Assembly (NCBI GenBank): GCA_903859365.1
Contig: CAIOMD010000013.1
Span: forward strand, 1,081-65,080
Direction of reading: 5' to 3'
From: an uncultured Candidatus Saccharibacteria bacterium
GTDB lineage: Bacteria > Patescibacteriota > Saccharimonadia > Saccharimonadales > CAIOMD01
DNA length: 64,000 bases
Part shown: positions 18,282 through 25,877 of the stretch, piece by piece
Layout of the letters: the number at the start of each line of letters is the position of its first letter
How positions within the stretch are numbered: the first letter of the stretch is position 1
Notes under the pieces: model-generated
The model's database searches: none
What the model was told of the DNA's origin: nothing
The model's input: only the letters and a program-made list of their open reading frames with translations
Made by a program: the position numbers and the translations under genes

Positions 18282-20078
18282 TTAGCTGGATTTTGGTTGT
18301 ATGGGAAAATCGTCCAATATTTGATTACTTATAGTTGTCCATACTTTTGCCGCCGCTGCGCTTGCAAATCCTGACGTCTGAGGACCATCCAGGCGAACCA
18401 GAATTATATACTTAGCATTATCCCCACCAATAAAACCAACGTAGGCACCATTATAGGAGTTGGTTTTATAGCCACCTTTGCCATCAGCTTGCTGGGCGGT
18501 ACCACTCTTAGCGCCAATACTATACCCTGCTCTTGTTGCGCTGCTGTTATTGGCATTTAAAGAATTAATCATGAGCGCTCTAACTTCTTGACTTGCATTT
18601 GCAGAAACAACATTCGATTTCACTATTTGTGGCTTAAAGTTATAGACCACATTTCCATCAGAAGACTCTGATTGCACCAAAGATGGCATATAATAAGTTC
18701 CACCATTAGTGAGGGCAGCATACGCTGCTGCTAATTGTATTGGAGTTACCGTAATCCCTTGACCGAAAGCCATATTAGCATAACGTAGATCGACTGCTTC
18801 GCCTGCATTAGGTTTATTCACGAAACCGCTCGATTCACCGACCTGTTCTATATTCGTAGGATTTCCAAATTGATAATGATTAGTTAAATAATCATAAAAA
18901 TTTTGTCGCGCTTTATCAGTTATTGGTCCATCATTAATACTCGAATAATCTGCTTGTTGCAGTTGCTGTGGTGTTGCTCCGAGGGTCTTTAGAACAAATA
19001 CAGCCCCCACATTCAGTGATTTACTAATGACATCCTGAAGCGACATCATTTGTGGACCCCAATTAATAGAATTACTAATAGAAAACCCGTCTACTGTAAC
19101 TGAGTTAGTATCTTTATATGTGGTGCTTGGACTAGCAGTACCCAAGGTGAATGCAGCACCCATGAGAAGAGGCTTCATTACCGAACCAGGCTCCCACGCA
19201 TTTGACACAGCTAGATTTGAAAATACTGAGGGATCGCTAACGGTAGCAAAATTAGAAGGATCATACGTTGGAAAATCTGCCATAGCTTTAATCGCACCAG
19301 TGTTGGCATCCATAATAAGTGCGCTCCCCTGTGTTGCGCCGTCTTGCTGCACACCCTCTCGAAGCGCTCGCTCAACAATGTTTTGCATTGCAATATCCAA
19401 AGTGAGAGTTACATCTTTTGGAGTAATCTCTTTTTGCTTAACAACGGTATTTCCTAAAACAAGTGGTACTCCATTCACGTCTGTAACTTTATAAACTTCA
19501 CCAGCTTGACCAGCTAGATCCTTATTGAGTGCTTGCTCTACCCCATATTGACCTTGCCCATCATCATTAACGAATCCTAAAACTTGTGAAGCAAGCTGTC
19601 CTTGGGGATATGTACGCTCATTCTTTTCCTGTAGAGTTATTCCAACTAAATTGAGCGACTTTATTTTATCTGCAGTTACCTGATCAACTTTTTTAGCAAG
19701 AACTGAATATTGTGTTTTAGATATCAGTAATTTTTTTAATGAATCGGGATTCATGTTCAGAATTGGGCTAAGTTTAGAAACAGCATCATCAGCATTCTTA
19801 ATTATTGCAGGGTCTGCAATTACTGTATATTTGATGACATTTAAAACAGCTGGCACAGTGCCGCTTCCATCAGATAAATAGATAATACCTCTTGGTGATG
19901 AAGGGTTGAAAAGCCGTGAATGCTCTGACGACGCAGATTGCTGGTAATAATCATGTTTAATAATCTGAAGGTAAAATAATCTAGAAGTAAGAATAAAACC
20001 AGCAAGAATAAGGATCAATTTTAGCCAAATAATCCTATTAGAGCTATCAAATATAAAATTTGTTCTACTTTGCTTCAT
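18282..20078 (-). CDS. ftsI: Class B penicillin-binding protein FtsI (transpeptidase)
   Basis: N-terminal TM, then SxxK (GSVMKP) and K(S/T)G (AKSGTA). I moved the start to MKQSRTN at 20078; the longer ORF would overlap ftsL. Confidence 0.88.
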   Translation of the reverse strand: MKQSRTNFIFDSSNRIIWLKLILILAGFILTSRLFYLQIIKHDYYQQSASSEHSRLFNPSSPRGIIYLSDGSGTVPAVLNVIKYTVIADPAIIKNADDAVSKLSPILNMNPDSLKKLLISKTQYSVLAKKVDQVTADKIKSLNLVGITLQEKNERTYPQGQLASQVLGFVNDDGQGQYGVEQALNKDLAGQAGEVYKVTDVNGVPLVLGNTVVKQKEITPKDVTLTLDIAMQNIVERALREGVQQDGATQGSALIMDANTGAIKAMADFPTYDPSNFATVSDPSVFSNLAVSNAWEPGSVMKPLLMGAAFTLGTASPSTTYKDTNSVTVDGFSISNSINWGPQMMSLQDVISKSLNVGAVFVLKTLGATPQQLQQADYSSINDGPITDKARQNFYDYLTNHYQFGNPTNIEQVGESSGFVNKPNAGEAVDLRYANMAFGQGITVTPIQLAAAYAALTNGGTYYMPSLVQSESSDGNVVYNFKPQIVKSNVVSANASQEVRALMINSLNANNSSATRAGYSIGAKSGTAQQADGKGGYKTNSYNGAYVGFIGGDNAKYIILVRLDGPQTSGFASAAAAKVWTTISNQILDDFPIQPKSS

Positions 20079-20115
20079 AAGTCTGTAGGTATTTACTACT
20101 TGAATAAAGTATAAC

Positions 20116-20463
20116 CTAGTTTGTAACAGTCGCTGTCGGTACAACTGTCGGCATGGCTGTTGCAACGCTACTGTTTTGAACTTTATCTAGCCCTTGCTGC
20201 CTTGAGGCCTGAACTTGAAGACTTGCGTACTGTTCTTTGAGTTGTTGCTGTTGAGTAGTTAGATTATTAATAGTATAGCCAAGTGTATTTGTTTTGGTGA
20301 CCTGCGTTAAATAAAGCAGCCCTAGTAAACAAATAATTAATAATACAACTATTAAATTAGAGACAGGGCCAAGACCTGTCTTCATCACTCCTACAGTAAC
20401 AACATTATGGTTGCGTTGATAGGCGCTCGTTTTATTTGTAGATATTTGTTTTCCGTATGTCAT
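20116..20463 (-). CDS. ftsL: FtsL-like small bitopic division protein
   Basis: One TM segment (LIVVLLIICLLGLLYL) followed by a Gln-rich coiled coil. Sits between rsmH and ftsI. The ATG at 20463 is preferred over the GTG at 20481. Confidence 0.55.
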   Translation of the reverse strand: MTYGKQISTNKTSAYQRNHNVVTVGVMKTGLGPVSNLIVVLLIICLLGLLYLTQVTKTNTLGYTINNLTTQQQQLKEQYASLQVQASRQQGLDKVQNSSVATAMPTVVPTATVTN

Positions 20464-20477
20464 ATTTTTCTCTTGAA

Positions 20478-20502
20478 CCACTCACCTGTTTAGGGTGAGT
20501 GG
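20478..20502 (-). other. 9-bp perfect hairpin just upstream of the ftsL start
   Basis: CCACTCACC-TGTTTAG-GGTGAGTGG. On the minus strand it ends 14 nt before the ATG at 20463 and has no T-run. Confidence 0.6.
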
Positions 20503-20612
20503 TATTCGTTTGATTGCTTAAGGTGTTGCTGTTATAAAACAGAAACATGCACCTTATGAGCAACCGACCGACCAGTGATTTTGATTTTCATCGCTGGTCC
20601 TTTCTTTTATTT

Positions 20613-21470
20613 TTATTTTGCTGCGACTCGTAATTTTGCACTACGTGAACGCGGATTTAAAACTAATTCATTTTTGCTCGCAACTATGGCATGCTTGGAA
20701 ACTATTTTGAATTCTGCATCGTAACGATTACCGCCAAACTCATTAAAATAGTTTTTAACGATGCGATCTTCTAGGCTGTGAAAACTTATAATACCAAGTC
20801 TTCCTCCCGGATTGAGTAAACTAAACCAAATAGGGAGCGCCTGCTCAAGCTGCAGTAACTCGTTATTTACTGCTATCCTTAAACCTTGAAAAGTTTTAGT
20901 TGCAGGATGTTTTTTGAGCCATTTACCAGATGTACGAGCGATTATTGTTGCGAGTTCTTCTGTAGTCTTAAATGGCCTATTATCTACGATAATTTGCGCA
21001 ATCTTATTTGCATGCGGTTCCTCACCATACACTTTTAAAATATGCGCAATCTCTTCCTGGGTCCATTCGTTAACAATTGAAGCAGCTGTCAAAATTTGAC
21101 GCTGGTCCATACGCATATCCAATGGTCCTGGGTTTTGAAAGCTAAAACCACGACTCGCTATGTCAAGGTGCGGTGATGATACGCCTAAATCTGCTAGTAT
21201 AAGATCAAATTTTTTGCCTTTATCTTTAAGTTCTCGTGATGCTGTCAGAAAATCTGAATGCAATACTTCTACTTTTTTATTGAAAAGATTATTAAGATGA
21301 TCTACTGCCATTTGGTCTCTATCAACTAGTACACTTTCAGAAAAATTTTTAGTTACACTTAAAATTTCCCTACTGTGACCACCGTATCCGGCAGTTACAT
21401 CTAGGTATGTTTCCCCTTTTTGAGGGTTAAGGTATTTAATAACTTCTTCTAGTAATACTGGTTTATGCAT
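20613..21470 (-). CDS. rsmH: 16S rRNA m4C1402 methyltransferase RsmH
   Basis: MHKPVLLEEV..DVTAGYGGHS..DLGVSSPHLD..SFHSLEDRIVK. Confidence 0.95.
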   Translation of the reverse strand: MHKPVLLEEVIKYLNPQKGETYLDVTAGYGGHSREILSVTKNFSESVLVDRDQMAVDHLNNLFNKKVEVLHSDFLTASRELKDKGKKFDLILADLGVSSPHLDIASRGFSFQNPGPLDMRMDQRQILTAASIVNEWTQEEIAHILKVYGEEPHANKIAQIIVDNRPFKTTEELATIIARTSGKWLKKHPATKTFQGLRIAVNNELLQLEQALPIWFSLLNPGGRLGIISFHSLEDRIVKNYFNEFGGNRYDAEFKIVSKHAIVASKNELVLNPRSRSAKLRVAAK

Positions 21471-21501
21471 TTTGTTTTTATTTTTATTTTTGCAAGATCA
21501 C

Positions 21502-21517
21502 CGATTCAGTAGTCAAC
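21502..21517. repeat. Left arm of a long-range inverted repeat (CGATTCAGTAGTCAAC)
   Basis: Complementary to 21715-21730 at 15 of 16 positions. The single mismatch is a G-U pair if transcribed on the minus strand. Confidence 0.9.
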
Positions 21518-21550
21518 TTTTTGTTTTTTTGTTGTTTTTGTTTTTGTTTG
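21518..21550. repeat. T/G simple-sequence tract (irregular T-runs separated by single G)
   Basis: TTTTTGTTTTTTTGTTGTTTTTGTTTTTGTTTG. Read on the minus strand it is a C/A-rich unstructured stretch. Confidence 0.9.
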
Positions 21551-21714
21551 AAAATCAATCATTTAACTTGCGTTGCAAATTTAAAAAATTCGCCTAAAAG
21601 TTAAGGATCATTTTCTACTTAAGTTTTGAGAGACTTATGTGTGAGGTGGAGTTTTGGGAGGTGTTTTGTTGAGAAAGGTACAAGGGTTTTTAGCGTAGAC
21701 CCCTCTACCTACGT

Positions 21715-21730
21715 GTTGACTACCGAATCG
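21715..21730. repeat. Right arm of the long-range inverted repeat (GTTGACTACCGAATCG)
   Basis: Pairs with 21502-21517. A further TCGGTG (21742-21747) matches CACCGA (21499-21504) across a ~12-nt insertion. Confidence 0.9.
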
Positions 21731-21776
21731 CTAACCTCGAGTCGGTGTTTAGTACTAAGTTGTTAAAGTAAGCAGA

Positions 21777-22136
21777 CTACTGTGCACTTATTCGCCAATA
21801 ACTTCCTGCTCTGACTGCAACGATATCTTTTTTAATACCTGCGTATTTCAGATGATGTAAATCAAGAGTGATTCTCCCTTGCTTTACATCTAATACGCTT
21901 GTTGCTTTTCCTGATCTAAACTTCACATTGAGGTCTGCGACCTTTTCATCAAGAATGCTTCCAGAAAGCTCGGGTTCAACTTTCTTTTCCCATACCTGTT
22001 GTGAGTATAGATGCAGATATTTGCCAAAGCCGCGAGTGACGACTACACCGCTTTTGAACTCGCCTCGAACTTCGACTGGCATTGTCAGTCTTCGCTTATC
22101 GTCAAGCTTGCGTTCGAAGTAGTCTACGGTGGCCAT
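21777..22136 (-). CDS. mraZ: Transcriptional regulator MraZ (short form)
   Basis: Two SpoVT/AbrB-like halves: ERKLDDKRRLTMPVEVR and LDVKQGRITLDLHHLKYAGI. It is the first gene of the dcw cluster. Confidence 0.85.
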   Translation of the reverse strand: MATVDYFERKLDDKRRLTMPVEVRGEFKSGVVVTRGFGKYLHLYSQQVWEKKVEPELSGSILDEKVADLNVKFRSGKATSVLDVKQGRITLDLHHLKYAGIKKDIVAVRAGSYWRISAQ

Positions 22137-22176
22137 TATTAAAACTGCTTAGTGGTTTTTTGTTTCTTTGTGGTGT

Positions 22177-22224
22177 TACCCACTTTTACCCACTGAAGTA
22201 AGGATACTACCCATGATTACCCAC
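22177..22224 (-). promoter_or_regulatory. Putative MraZ operator: four GTGGGTA/ATGGGTA direct repeats
   Basis: Plus-strand TACCCAC at 22177, 22187 and 22218, and TACCCAT at 22208 (offsets 10, 21, 10 bp). They lie 41-88 nt upstream of the mraZ ATG and include AAAGTGGG. Confidence 0.6.
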
Positions 22225-22264
22225 TGCAAGCATTTTGTGCACATTACGCCCAAGAAGATACAGA

Positions 22265-22275
22265 GTTATCCACAG
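22265..22275 (+). promoter_or_regulatory. Perfect DnaA-box-like motif GTTATCCACAG
   Basis: Exact TTATCCACA in the spacer upstream of mraZ. A second exact copy lies at 22327-22335, inside the 3' end of the yvcK-like gene. Confidence 0.3.
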
Positions 22276-22301
22276 TTTGTTCGTTAATCATTCTTTAAAC
22301 G

Positions 22302-23336
22302 CTATTTGTAGGCTCTTTTTATGTACTTATCCACAATACTCTTGGAGGAGAGTATACTTATGACAACTTTGGAGATTTTCTTAGAATCGTGTCTAATTAA
22401 GGTGCGTTCAATTTTGTCATTTTTGTATTTTTTATGAATTTTAGTATCAAGAATATTCTCTCCGATAGCTTTATAAGTTTTTTTTGATAATTCTCTGTTA
22501 TTGTAAGTCACCGGATATTCTTTTTCTTTTGCATATTGGCTTAGCATTGATGTTGAAGGTTTTTTTGTATTATATATTACATAATCGATACTTTTCTTTC
22601 CGATGAACCGCTCTATTTCGCTAGCGTACTCCGCTACGTCCCATCCATCAGTTTGGCCCGGCTTAGTCACAAGATTCGTAATCTGTATTTTTAAAGCTTT
22701 GGTTTTTGATAGCGCCTCGGACACCCCATCCACAATTAAAGCTGGAATTATGGAGCCATAGAAATTGCCCGGAGCTATAATGATGGCATCAGCATCCAAA
22801 ATAGCTTTTTTAGCAGCTGGATTGATCCATGCGTGCGGGTGCAGCCGAAAATCTGGCTTACTTTTACCATTAAAAACACTGTTACCTATTTTATATTCAC
22901 CCTTAATTTCTTTATTATCGTCTAACATAAATAAATGTGTGTTATCAAGAGTTATGGGTATAACCCTCCCTGTAATATTGAGAATTTTGGATGCGAGCGC
23001 AATCGCTTCACCAAAATCATCAGTCATCTTTTCTACAGCAGTTAAAAACAAGTTTCCAAAACTATGCCCATCCATTGAACCTTCGCCAAAGCGAAAATTA
23101 AATAACGAACGAATTTGCTCACTAGAATTTGATAGCGCTACCAAGCACTGTCTTACATCACCTGGTGGCAAAACACCATATTGGTCCCTAAGCACACCAG
23201 TGGATCCACCGTCGTCAGCCATAGTTACTAGTGCAGTTATTTCATTAGTAAAGTTTTTAAGCTCACTAAGCAGTGTGTAAGATCCTGTTCCACCTCCAAT
23301 TACAACTATCTTTGGGTTTTTAAGATTTTTCTTCAT
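22302..23336 (-). CDS. YvcK/CofD-family protein (UPF0052, gluconeogenesis-factor-like)
   Basis: VVIGGGTGSYTLL..MADDGGSTGVLR..LPPGDVRQCLVALS. I moved the start to MKKNLKN at 23336. Confidence 0.85.
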   Translation of the reverse strand: MKKNLKNPKIVVIGGGTGSYTLLSELKNFTNEITALVTMADDGGSTGVLRDQYGVLPPGDVRQCLVALSNSSEQIRSLFNFRFGEGSMDGHSFGNLFLTAVEKMTDDFGEAIALASKILNITGRVIPITLDNTHLFMLDDNKEIKGEYKIGNSVFNGKSKPDFRLHPHAWINPAAKKAILDADAIIIAPGNFYGSIIPALIVDGVSEALSKTKALKIQITNLVTKPGQTDGWDVAEYASEIERFIGKKSIDYVIYNTKKPSTSMLSQYAKEKEYPVTYNNRELSKKTYKAIGENILDTKIHKKYKNDKIERTLIRHDSKKISKVVISILSSKSIVDKYIKRAYK

Positions 23337-24585
23337 ATGTAGCTCTTGAATACTCTTTGAGTTCATCGGCCCACCATAAAGCACTTTTTCTGATTATTCG
23401 TGCCATATCCTGTTCTCTATTGACGCTCACTAGTCCAAATTTAGGCCACCAACCAAATGCCCACTCAAAATTATCCAAAAGACTCCAGTGAAGATAGCCC
23501 TGAACATCAATATTTTGAGATTGCGCTGTTTTGATGGCTTTCATGGTTTCGCTCAACCACCACTGCCTGTATGTATCATGCTCATCTGCTAGTCCATTTT
23601 CTGTGATAATTATTGGCTTATTGGGAAAGCGTGCTTTAATTGTTTCCAGCAAAGGTAAAATTCCTTGAGGATTTAAATACCAGCCGAGGTCACTCACGGG
23701 ACTACCAATGATTGTTTTTCTGAAACCTTTGTAATAATCAGTAAAATAATAATTAAAGCCAATGAAATCTTGGTAACTACTAATTCTATCTAACCACCAC
23801 CAATTCCAGCAATATCGAATAATTCGAACTGATATTTCGTCTATAAAATTATGTTGACGAGAGGGTTGCACATTAATAAGATGTTGGGCTACACCTATTT
23901 TCATCTCAGGGTATTTTTTCTTAATGATTCTCCAGGCTACTTTATGCGCTTTTGCAAGATTGGCGTACACCCTGATTGCTGTAAAAATATTTTTTTTCTG
24001 GGGTGGCCAGAGTCCTTGCTGGTAGCTAAATATGGAATAAACATTTGGTTCATTTAACGTAATTATATAGTCGATATTTTCAAAAAGTTCAGTCGTTATT
24101 CGTTCCACGAAGCGCTCGAAGTATTTCAAATTTTTTCTTTTTTTAAATCCCCCTTTTTGAGAAAACCAAATTGGTACTGTCCAGTGCCAGATATTTAAAA
24201 GTGGTTCGATGTTACGGCTTCGTAATTCATTAATATACTCTTTATAATGTTCAATTACTTGCTCGTCCCAGATGTCTTCTTGGGGCTGTATTCGGGACCA
24301 TTCAATTGTGAATCTAAACGCGTTAAGGTTTAATTTTTGAATAATATCGAAATCTTCCTTAAATCGATTGTAATGATCAACGCCTAACCCAGAAATATAA
24401 TTATCCGGTGATTCGGCTCTGGATTTAATTTCTTTCCAATTCTTGAGTTGCTCAAGATTAGTAGCTGCGTTTTTAGCCGAATTCACCGCAGATTTTTTTT
24501 CCCACTCAGTCCATTGATTAACATTATTGCCTTCTACTTGATGGCTTGCTATACTGGCACCCCAAAAAAATTTCTGTGACTTCAT
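23320..24585 (-). CDS. Glycoside hydrolase family 1 (beta-glucosidase-like)
   Basis: FFWGASIASHQVEGN, acid/base TLNEPN, nucleophile ITENG. Confidence 0.9.
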   Translation of the reverse strand: MKSQKFFWGASIASHQVEGNNVNQWTEWEKKSAVNSAKNAATNLEQLKNWKEIKSRAESPDNYISGLGVDHYNRFKEDFDIIQKLNLNAFRFTIEWSRIQPQEDIWDEQVIEHYKEYINELRSRNIEPLLNIWHWTVPIWFSQKGGFKKRKNLKYFERFVERITTELFENIDYIITLNEPNVYSIFSYQQGLWPPQKKNIFTAIRVYANLAKAHKVAWRIIKKKYPEMKIGVAQHLINVQPSRQHNFIDEISVRIIRYCWNWWWLDRISSYQDFIGFNYYFTDYYKGFRKTIIGSPVSDLGWYLNPQGILPLLETIKARFPNKPIIITENGLADEHDTYRQWWLSETMKAIKTAQSQNIDVQGYLHWSLLDNFEWAFGWWPKFGLVSVNREQDMARIIRKSALWWADELKEYSRATYEEKS

Positions 24586-24591
24586 TTATTA

Positions 24592-25875
24592 TTACAACCC
24601 ATTCAAAACAATTAAACTTTCTATGTGTGGTGTTCTGGGAAAAAAATTATAACCTTTGGCGAACTCTATATTAAATCCACCATCTACCAACAATTTTACA
24701 TCCCTAGCTTGTGTACTCGGATTACACGATAAATAAATAATTTTCCTTGGTTTAGAACTTATCAACTTCTCAATGACATTGCTATGCAAGCCAGCTCGTG
24801 GTGGGTCGACAATAACTGTACTATCTTTTTTTATATAATCTATTGCGTCTTCTGACCGAGCCTTTAAGACTTCAACATTCTTGAGTTTTGCACTATTTAT
24901 TTTAGCGATGCTTATGGACTCATCGTCACTATCAATTAATAGTAATTTTTTATGCGCAGCAACACTCAACCCAATACTTCCGACTCCTGAATAATAATCA
25001 ATTATATCTAGGTCTTCTTTATCAATGTTGCTTTTAATATCCAGAAGGGCTTGTTCATAGACAGGAACGTTAACTTGAAAAAAAGATCGAGTTGTATAAA
25101 GGTACGCGCTATCAACTAAATCATCTGATAACATATCCTCGCCGTAGCTACCCAGCACTTCCGTAGCGACGGAAGCGGGGCTTTTTGGATTGGAAAAGAT
25201 TACTTCTAAGCCTTGAACCTCGTTACTAAATTTTTCAAATTTATCAGAACAGCTAGGATCTTTCAGAAATAAACTAGCGAAAACTTCCTTATCTTGGGTT
25301 GAGCGAAAAATAACACTCTTGAGCATTCGAGCTTGAATTTGATTTTTATTTATAAAATTTATGAGTTTTTTTCCTGCATCGTTGATTTCAACAGAAGCAA
25401 TATCAGATTCTAGAAGAACAATTTTCTGATGAGTACCTCGCTGATGCAACGCAAGACTTACTTTTTGCGTTTCTTTGTCAAACCAAAAGTTATATTCCAT
25501 TTTATTTCTATAATGCGAGTCTTTGCTATTTTGGAAAAAATTGCTCCAATTAACCTCAAGTTTTGCACGATGAAATAAATCTTTTAAAATATCTTCCTTT
25601 AATTTTTCCTCGTAATCATAATCAACGATTTGCCAAGGGCTTGTTGACATAAAAGTAATAGGATCCTTCGGGATAATTCTTTTTGGATTAGCACTGATTA
25701 CTTTTACTACTACGCCCTCACACCAATCTTTTTTATTTTTCGTAATCTCAATTTCAACTTTTTCATTATCGAGTGCCCCCCAAATGAAACATTTTTTTCC
25801 ATCTTGAAGGGTTGCTAGAGCTTGCCCGCCGTAAACCATCTTTTCGGTGGTAACAATTATATTTTTATCCGCCAT
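24592..25875 (-). CDS. SAM-dependent RNA (uracil-5)-methyltransferase, TrmA/RlmD family
   Basis: TRAM-like N-terminus, then FFQVN, DPPRAGL, LSCNPSTQARD. No obvious Fe-S cysteine cluster. Confidence 0.8.
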   Translation of the reverse strand: MADKNIIVTTEKMVYGGQALATLQDGKKCFIWGALDNEKVEIEITKNKKDWCEGVVVKVISANPKRIIPKDPITFMSTSPWQIVDYDYEEKLKEDILKDLFHRAKLEVNWSNFFQNSKDSHYRNKMEYNFWFDKETQKVSLALHQRGTHQKIVLLESDIASVEINDAGKKLINFINKNQIQARMLKSVIFRSTQDKEVFASLFLKDPSCSDKFEKFSNEVQGLEVIFSNPKSPASVATEVLGSYGEDMLSDDLVDSAYLYTTRSFFQVNVPVYEQALLDIKSNIDKEDLDIIDYYSGVGSIGLSVAAHKKLLLIDSDDESISIAKINSAKLKNVEVLKARSEDAIDYIKKDSTVIVDPPRAGLHSNVIEKLISSKPRKIIYLSCNPSTQARDVKLLVDGGFNIEFAKGYNFFPRTPHIESLIVLNGL

Positions 25876-25877
25876 AT

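Noticed and set aside
20079-20165. N-terminal extensions given by the ORF track for ftsI, ftsW, yvcK-like, greA, proS, rpsB, parA, prmC and ftsL.
   Set aside because: The extensions overlap upstream genes or leaders, lack family-typical sequence, and internal ATGs with better ribosome-binding sites restore canonical N-termini. Coordinates were adjusted accordingly.
21640-21695. A tiny plus-strand ORF after the GGGAGGTG Shine-Dalgarno-like sequence in the mraZ-rsmH spacer.
   Set aside because: It is only ~10 codons from a TTG start and is antisense to the operon. The SD-like string is more simply the complement of a C-rich segment of the operon RNA.
22765-23280. Other long shadow ORFs inside conserved genes, for example 22765-23280, 26265-26735, 12951-13376, 12300-12641, 36730-37140, 36759-37106, 55165-55566, 19120-19494 and 32689-32988.
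   Set aside because: Each is antisense to, or out of frame within, a gene with clear family motifs. None has recognisable motifs of its own.
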